From Candidatus Woesearchaeota archaeon (lineage in GTDB: Archaea; Nanobdellota; Nanobdellia; Woesearchaeales; 21-14-0-10-32-9), in assembly GCA_020854775.1 (NCBI GenBank), contig JAHKLZ010000008.1:8221-72220 (forward strand): a stretch of 64,000 bases of DNA, given 5' to 3'. A program made the translations under genes and the position numbers. Of this stretch, positions 56,947 to 64,000 are shown piece by piece; position 1 is the stretch's first letter; the number at the start of each line of letters is the position of its first letter. The notes beneath the pieces are model-generated. The model did not search any database and was not told the origin of the DNA. It saw only the letters and a list, made by a program, of their open reading frames with translations.

Positions 56947-56971
56947 ACCACCCCTCTTCAACCCGCTACAA
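56925..56971 (+). other. Perfect 10-bp inverted repeat (ttgtagcggg / cccgctacaa) with a 27-nt loop spanning the stop codon of 56515..56946
   Basis: Read directly from the sequence. The arms are exact reverse complements and are GC-rich relative to the background. Confidence 0.5.
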
Positions 56972-57110
56972 ATGAAATTAAAAATTGTCAAGAACGAGAG
57001 TTAAGCCGAAAGGGCAACTCCACCTTGGCAATCATATTTCTAAAATAACCGAAAAATAACCAAAAAACGTATAAAAAACAATATTAAAAACAAAACAAAA
57101 ATAACAAACC

Positions 57111-57425
57111 GTGAAAGATAACGAACTAGAAAGAATAGCATTAATAGCAACAATAATCGGACTAATACTAATTCTAATAATGATGCCAAAATACGAACCA
57201 GTAGACGCACACTATTTAACAAACGACGATAACAATGCTTACCTAGAAGGAACAATAGTAAAAAAATCCTACAACGACGAAACAGGATGGAGTTACCTAG
57301 AAATAAACACCTGCAAAAATACAAAATCATTCTACAACGGAGAAATACCCTTACAAGAAAAAGAAAAAATACACATACAAGGCACATACCAAAACAACGT
57401 ATTCAACATAAAAAAATACAAATAA
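57111..57425 (+). CDS. Small membrane-anchored hypothetical protein (104 aa)
   Basis: GTG start. N-terminal TM IALIATIIGLILILIMM followed by a ~70-aa soluble domain. Confidence 0.35.
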   Translation: MKDNELERIALIATIIGLILILIMMPKYEPVDAHYLTNDDNNAYLEGTIVKKSYNDETGWSYLEINTCKNTKSFYNGEIPLQEKEKIHIQGTYQNNVFNIKKYK

Positions 57426-57944
57426 TTAATCAACCAAACTAAGAACATCAATTAACAAATCTTCAAAATCACTCATGCCCTTAAAATACATAGCATCATC
57501 AAGAAGCTGAACTTCATCACCCACAGACTCCGCCAAAAAAGCAGAATCATCTAAACTACTCTGATCATCATTTTCAGAAGCATACACAAAAAAATTCTTA
57601 GACTTATCCTTAACAACAGAAAAATCAAAATCATCAAGAGAAAAATCCTTAAAAACATTTTTCAAAGAAGAACCAGAAATAAAAAAAACACCCTTAACAT
57701 CACGAAGCTTTTCCTCCAAAACCTTAAGCACAACAACCCTACCAGCGCCGTGACCAATAAAAATAGAAGACTCATCTAAATGCTTACGAAAATCCTTCAA
57801 AGCAGAAACCCAAGAATCAAAACTCTCACCAACAGAAGGCATAACCGGTAAGAAAAAAGAATGACCACGCTTAACAAGCTCAGAACTAAGCCAATCATAC
57901 CAAGCATGACTTTCCCCATCCGATACCAAAATAATGTTAACCAT
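57426..57944 (-). CDS. RBBP9/YdeN-like alpha/beta-hydrolase fold protein, with the nucleophile serine apparently replaced
   Basis: IILVSDGESHAWYDWL parallels RBBP9 VIVPGNGGG..HGWYGW. FIGHGAG occupies the position of GHSSG (GxSxG), with Ser changed to Gly. Conserved acid region FFVYASENDD. Confidence 0.4.
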   Translation of the reverse strand: MVNIILVSDGESHAWYDWLSSELVKRGHSFFLPVMPSVGESFDSWVSALKDFRKHLDESSIFIGHGAGRVVVLKVLEEKLRDVKGVFFISGSSLKNVFKDFSLDDFDFSVVKDKSKNFFVYASENDDQSSLDDSAFLAESVGDEVQLLDDAMYFKGMSDFEDLLIDVLSLVD

Positions 57945-57965
57945 AAAAAACCATAATAAACAATA

Positions 57966-59366
57966 TTATTTAAAACCTTTGAAACCCTGCATCTTCTTCA
58001 TCATACGCTGCATATCACGCTCAGAAGAACCAGGCTTAAGCATCTTCATCATTTTCTTAGACTGACGATACTGCTTCAACATACCACGAAGATCAGAAGC
58101 AGGCAAACCAGCACCCTTACTAATCCTATCAACACGAGAACCAGAAATAATATCAGGATCCTCCAATTCTTGCGTAGTCATACTACCAAGCAAAGGCTTC
58201 CACTTCTCCAACTCTTGCTCCCTATTCTGCAACATATCCTTAGGAATGTTAGCCGAACCAAGACCTGGAATCATATCCACTATTTTGTTCAAAGGACCCA
58301 TTTTTTTCATAGCCTGCATTTGCTCATACAAATCCACAAGATTAAAATCACCTTTCAACAACTTCTTACCAATATCCTGAGCTTCCTCCTCACTAATAGC
58401 ACCACGCGTCTTCTCAAGCAAAGCCTCCAAATCACCCATACCAAGAAGCCTCCCTACAAAACCCTCAGATTTAAACTCCTCCAAATCATCACTCTTCTCA
58501 CCAACCCCAATAAAACGAACAGGAGAACCAGTAATAGCACAAGCAATCAAAGCACCACCACCCTTAGCAGTACCATCAAGCTTAGTAATCACAACGCCAG
58601 AAACTCCGCAAGTATCATGAAACGCGGACGCTTGTTTCTCCGCGGCCTGACCAATATCAGCACTCAAAACAAGCAAAGACTCATCAGGAGAAACCACTTT
58701 GTTAATACCATCAAGCTCAGAAATTAAATCATCAGAAAGAGCATCCCTACCCGCAGTATCAACAATCACCAAATCAAATTTCTCCAAATCCTTCTCAAAC
58801 TTCTTATAAATCTTAACAGGATCCTTAACTGATTTATCCGTAAAAACCTGAATACCAAGACTTTTACCAATCTGCTCTAATTGATCCGCAGCAGCAGGTC
58901 TCCAAGTATCCAAAGAAATCATACAAACACTCACACCCCTCTTCTTAAAATAAGAACCAAGCTTACCCGCAGAAGTAGTTTTACCAGAACCAAACAAACC
59001 CACCAATAAAACCTTAAAAGAACCCTTCTTAGACTCCTTCTTAGCCCTTATACCCGACTTAAAATCAACTTTGCCACCTTGACCAAGAAAATTAACCAAT
59101 TCCTCATAAACAATATTAACCAAATGCTCCTTCTTAGAAACAGACCTAGGAACTTCTTCATTCAATGCACGCTCCTTCATCTTCTTAGTCAAATCCAAAA
59201 CGAGCTTAACATTAACATCAGACTGCAACAAAGCGCGCTGAATATCCTTAATTAATTCATTAATAAGCTTCTCATCAACAAATAAAGCATTAGTAATTTT
59301 TTTAAGAGTGCTTTTCAATGAATCAGACAACGAATCCAAAACCATACTAATAGAAGGAAAAAACAA
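57966..59366 (-). CDS. srp54: Signal recognition particle protein SRP54
   Basis: N domain. G domain GLFGSGKTTSAGKL, DTAGR, TKLDG. M domain with Met-rich C-terminus (MKKMGPL, MMKMLKPG). Confidence 0.9.
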   Translation of the reverse strand: MFFPSISMVLDSLSDSLKSTLKKITNALFVDEKLINELIKDIQRALLQSDVNVKLVLDLTKKMKERALNEEVPRSVSKKEHLVNIVYEELVNFLGQGGKVDFKSGIRAKKESKKGSFKVLLVGLFGSGKTTSAGKLGSYFKKRGVSVCMISLDTWRPAAADQLEQIGKSLGIQVFTDKSVKDPVKIYKKFEKDLEKFDLVIVDTAGRDALSDDLISELDGINKVVSPDESLLVLSADIGQAAEKQASAFHDTCGVSGVVITKLDGTAKGGGALIACAITGSPVRFIGVGEKSDDLEEFKSEGFVGRLLGMGDLEALLEKTRGAISEEEAQDIGKKLLKGDFNLVDLYEQMQAMKKMGPLNKIVDMIPGLGSANIPKDMLQNREQELEKWKPLLGSMTTQELEDPDIISGSRVDRISKGAGLPASDLRGMLKQYRQSKKMMKMLKPGSSERDMQRMMKKMQGFKGFK

Positions 59367-59446
59367 TTTATAAATTTTTATGCAAAAACAAACACTAAAA
59401 AATAAATAATAAACTTTTTAATGAAACATTATTTCTTAAAATAAAT

Positions 59447-60490
59447 ATGATAACAGAACAAGAAATACAAGAAATAAGAACAAAATTAAAAGAATCAGCA
59501 AAACCATTATTCTTTTTTGATGACGACGCAGACGGCGTAACATCCTTTGTTATGATGTATAAATTAGCAGGAGATGGAAAAGGAGTGTGCGTAAAAGGAA
59601 AACCAACCTTAGAAGCAGAGTACATAAGAAAAGTAGAAGAATATAGTCCTGATAGAGTATTCATATTAGACAAACCAATAGTAGAACAAGAATTCTTAGA
59701 TCAAGTAACCCAAGAAGTTATATGGTTAGACCATCACCCAGTACAAGACAATAAGAACGTAAAATATTATAATCCAAGAAAAAAAAATGATGAAGACAAC
59801 AGACCCACAAGTTATTGGGCATACCAAGTATGTAAAGAATTACCAGAAGCGCTATGGTTAGCAGGAATAGGAGTCGTAGGGGATTGGAGCTTAGCACTAA
59901 AAGAAGAATTAAACAAAGAATATCCTGATTTGTTACCTGAAAACATCACGAGTGCTCCAGAAGCATTGTTTAAAACAAAATTAGGCGAATTAGTAAAAAT
60001 AATAGATTTTAATCTTAAAGGAACAACTACTCAAGTCATGCAATCAATAAAGATACTAACAAGAATAGAAAGTCCTTATGAAATATTGGAACAAAGCAGT
60101 CCTAAAGGCAAATATTTATACAAGAAATACGCAGCCATAAAAGAGAAATATGACTCTTTAAAAAAAGGCGTAGAAGTAACCGAGGAACCAATAATATTTT
60201 TTAAGTACACAGATAACAAATTAGCAATATCTAGTATGTTATCAAACGAATTATTATTTGAAAATCCTGATAAGATAATAATAGTAGCAAGAGAAAAATC
60301 AAATGAATTAATGCTATCGATAAGATCCACGAACATAAATGTTTCAGAAATATTAAAAGAATCACTAACAGGAACTAACGGATACGGCGGAGGACACGAT
60401 AACGCGTGCGGCGCCTGTATAAACAAAGACGGATTTGAAACATTCATGGAAGACTTCAAAAATAATTTGAATAAAAAAATAAAAAAATGA
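59447..60490 (+). CDS. DHH-DHHA1 phosphoesterase (NrnA/RecJ-like)
   Basis: FFFDDDADGVTS motif I. LDHHP DHH motif. DHHA1 GGGHDNACGA. Confidence 0.65.
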   Translation: MITEQEIQEIRTKLKESAKPLFFFDDDADGVTSFVMMYKLAGDGKGVCVKGKPTLEAEYIRKVEEYSPDRVFILDKPIVEQEFLDQVTQEVIWLDHHPVQDNKNVKYYNPRKKNDEDNRPTSYWAYQVCKELPEALWLAGIGVVGDWSLALKEELNKEYPDLLPENITSAPEALFKTKLGELVKIIDFNLKGTTTQVMQSIKILTRIESPYEILEQSSPKGKYLYKKYAAIKEKYDSLKKGVEVTEEPIIFFKYTDNKLAISSMLSNELLFENPDKIIIVAREKSNELMLSIRSTNINVSEILKESLTGTNGYGGGHDNACGACINKDGFETFMEDFKNNLNKKIKK

Positions 60491-61449
60491 ATTTTCAAAA
60501 AACACAACCAGTAGAAAAAGGAAGTTTCTATTTAGACGTAGCTGTACAAAGAGCAAAAAAACAAGTGAATGCTTTAACAATAAGAATAAAAGATGAAGAT
60601 AAAAAAGCATTAATAAAAGAAAAAACAAGAATTAAAGTAATAAAAGACACACTAATAAAAAGCTTCATTAACATAATAAATTCTTTTCCAGGACTTGATG
60701 GATTGCCTGAATTCTATTACGAATTATGCAAAAGCACTATGGATGTTGATGAAGTAAAAAAAGCATTATCAGTCATATCTTGGGCGCCAGGAAAAATATC
60801 TGAACTAGAACGAGAATTCATAAGACAAACAAGAGGAAAAACAAAAGAAGACATAATAAAAGCTAGACGCGCATTCATTGGAAGAATCTCATCCATAATA
60901 AAAAGAATGGACAAAAAACTAGAATTAATAGAACAAACAAGAAGAACAATGATAACGTATCCAGACATAAAAGATGATTTATTCACTGTGTGCATATCTG
61001 GTTTTCCAAACGTAGGAAAAAGCACGTTACTATCAAGAATAACTACTTCTAAACCCGAAATAGGAAATTATTCTTTTACAACAACAACGCTTAATACAGG
61101 TTATTTCAAGGACGGATTTGAAAAAATACAAATAATAGATGTTCCAGGAACACTTAACAGATTTGAAAAAATGAATAACGTAGAGAAACAAGCACACTTA
61201 GCATTAAAATACTTAGCTAACTTAATAGTGTATGTTTATGACTTAACAGAACCTTATTCTTTAAAAGAACAAGATGCTTTATTTGAAGAAACAAAGAAAT
61301 TAGGAAAACCAATATTGATTTATGTAAGCAAAGCCGATTTATTAGGAAAACAAAAAATTAAGGAATTCATAAAAAATAATGAAATAAAAAACGCGAATTA
61401 TGACTCTGAAGAACTAAGAAAAGAAATAACTAAACAACGAAGAAAATAA
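60487..61449 (+). CDS. NOG1-type GTPase (Obg-family, archaeal Nog1 homologue)
   Basis: N-terminal NOG1 helical domain. G1 ISGFPNVGKSTLL. G2 TT. G3 DVPG. G4 SKAD. Overlaps the DHH gene by 4 nt (ATGA). Confidence 0.7.
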   Translation: MNFQKTQPVEKGSFYLDVAVQRAKKQVNALTIRIKDEDKKALIKEKTRIKVIKDTLIKSFINIINSFPGLDGLPEFYYELCKSTMDVDEVKKALSVISWAPGKISELEREFIRQTRGKTKEDIIKARRAFIGRISSIIKRMDKKLELIEQTRRTMITYPDIKDDLFTVCISGFPNVGKSTLLSRITTSKPEIGNYSFTTTTLNTGYFKDGFEKIQIIDVPGTLNRFEKMNNVEKQAHLALKYLANLIVYVYDLTEPYSLKEQDALFEETKKLGKPILIYVSKADLLGKQKIKEFIKNNEIKNANYDSEELRKEITKQRRK

Positions 61450-61505
61450 CACAAAAAAATAAGGATTTAAACAACAAATTTTATAAATAAAAAAGGTTTC
61501 TTTAA

Positions 61506-63470
<1,965 letters not shown>

Positions 63471-63477
63471 AAAGAAA

Positions 63478-64000
63478 TTATTTGTTTTTACGAGCATAAT
63501 TCTTTTCGAAATTAAGATCCCATACATCAAAAAATAACATGTTTTTCTCATTAGGAATACCTAATAATACCTTAGCAGCTTTAGAAGCCACAACTCCCGC
63601 AGCTGTATGAACCGTAGCAGCCATTATGCCCTCTTCACTAATTCTTTTATTCTTAACATAATCAGATATCTCATTAAGAGTAGTACCTTGCTCAATCACG
63701 AATACTTGACCTTGACTACCACTAACAAAACAATAAATCATAGGAATCTTTTTCTTTGAACAATACTTATCAATAATCAAAGAAACCTCTAAGTCATTAG
63801 TACAATCAATAACCAAATCAGAATCTAATAAGTAACTATTAATAGGTGTTAATTCCTCATGAAAAGCCTTAATAGAAACCGCGTCATTAATAGAATCAAG
63901 ACGCTTCTTAGCTTGTTTAGCTTTAAACTTATTAACGTCCTCTTGTAAAAACAAAGAAGTTTGCTGAATTTCATAATCAAGTATTCTACCTTTATCAATT
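63478..64000 (-). CDS. ThiF/MoeB/HesA-family E1-like adenylyltransferase (partial; the N-terminus runs past the window end)
   Basis: DLVIDCTNDLEVSLIIDKYCSKKKIPMIYCFVSGSQGQVFV is typical of the ThiF central region. The frame remains open to position 64000. Confidence 0.5.
   Translation of the reverse strand, partial: IDKGRILDYEIQQTSLFLQEDVNKFKAKQAKKRLDSINDAVSIKAFHEELTPINSYLLDSDLVIDCTNDLEVSLIIDKYCSKKKIPMIYCFVSGSQGQVFVIEQGTTLNEISDYVKNKRISEEGIMAATVHTAAGVVASKAAKVLLGIPNEKNMLFFDVWDLNFEKNYARKNK

Noticed and set aside
56515-57425. Apparent compositional anomaly (very A/C-rich, T-poor) suggesting foreign DNA
   Set aside because: The same purine/A-rich skew is seen in all plus-strand coding regions of this window, for example gyrB and ORF 10806..11192. 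It reflects coding-strand bias, not horizontal transfer.

Overview
This is an AT-rich (~30% GC) archaeal chromosome segment, and its gene content points to a small-genome DPANN-type lineage. It carries proteasome alpha, the exosome superoperon, RNA polymerase subunits K and L, the ribosomal proteins S6e and L10e, aIF5B, an SBDS homologue, Pop5, deoxyhypusine synthase and a NOG1-type GTPase, and it seems to have few biosynthetic genes. The coding strand is strongly A-rich and genes are tightly packed, often with 0-4 nt gaps or overlaps.

Most of the window is housekeeping:
- tRNA synthetases: ProRS, AlaRS and MetRS.
- Nucleotide metabolism: an nrdR-nrdJ operon (class II ribonucleotide reductase with NrdR) and cytidylate kinase.
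- DNA transactions: a UvrD-like helicase, gyrB, a HerA-like ATPase and a DHH phosphoesterase.
- Central and lipid metabolism: enolase, RpiB and UPP synthase.
- Targeting and transport: SRP54, MscS, a CaCA exchanger and an AI-2E transporter.
- RNA processing: the exosome/proteasome superoperon (Pop5-psmA-SBDS-Rrp4-Rrp41-Rrp42-RpoK).

The 5' ~8.3 kb looks accessory. It holds three paralogous SAM methyltransferases and a ~3.7 kb glycan-modification cassette (PNP-like, GT2, deacetylase-like, truncated sugar epimerase). The cassette is bounded by two ~122-bp near-identical direct repeats and is followed by a HEPN/MNT toxin-antitoxin pair and an aldo-keto reductase.

The most unusual locus is a three-gene minus-strand operon. 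An AI-2E transporter precedes two giant extracytoplasmic proteins of 1379 and 738 aa that have no recognisable domains. They are likely cell-surface or host-interaction proteins.

I found no rRNA, tRNA or CRISPR array. Other candidate signals include an NrdR-box-like palindrome upstream of nrdR, an HPF/RaiA-like protein, a tandem HIT pair whose second copy is degenerate, and several apparently inactivated enzyme folds.
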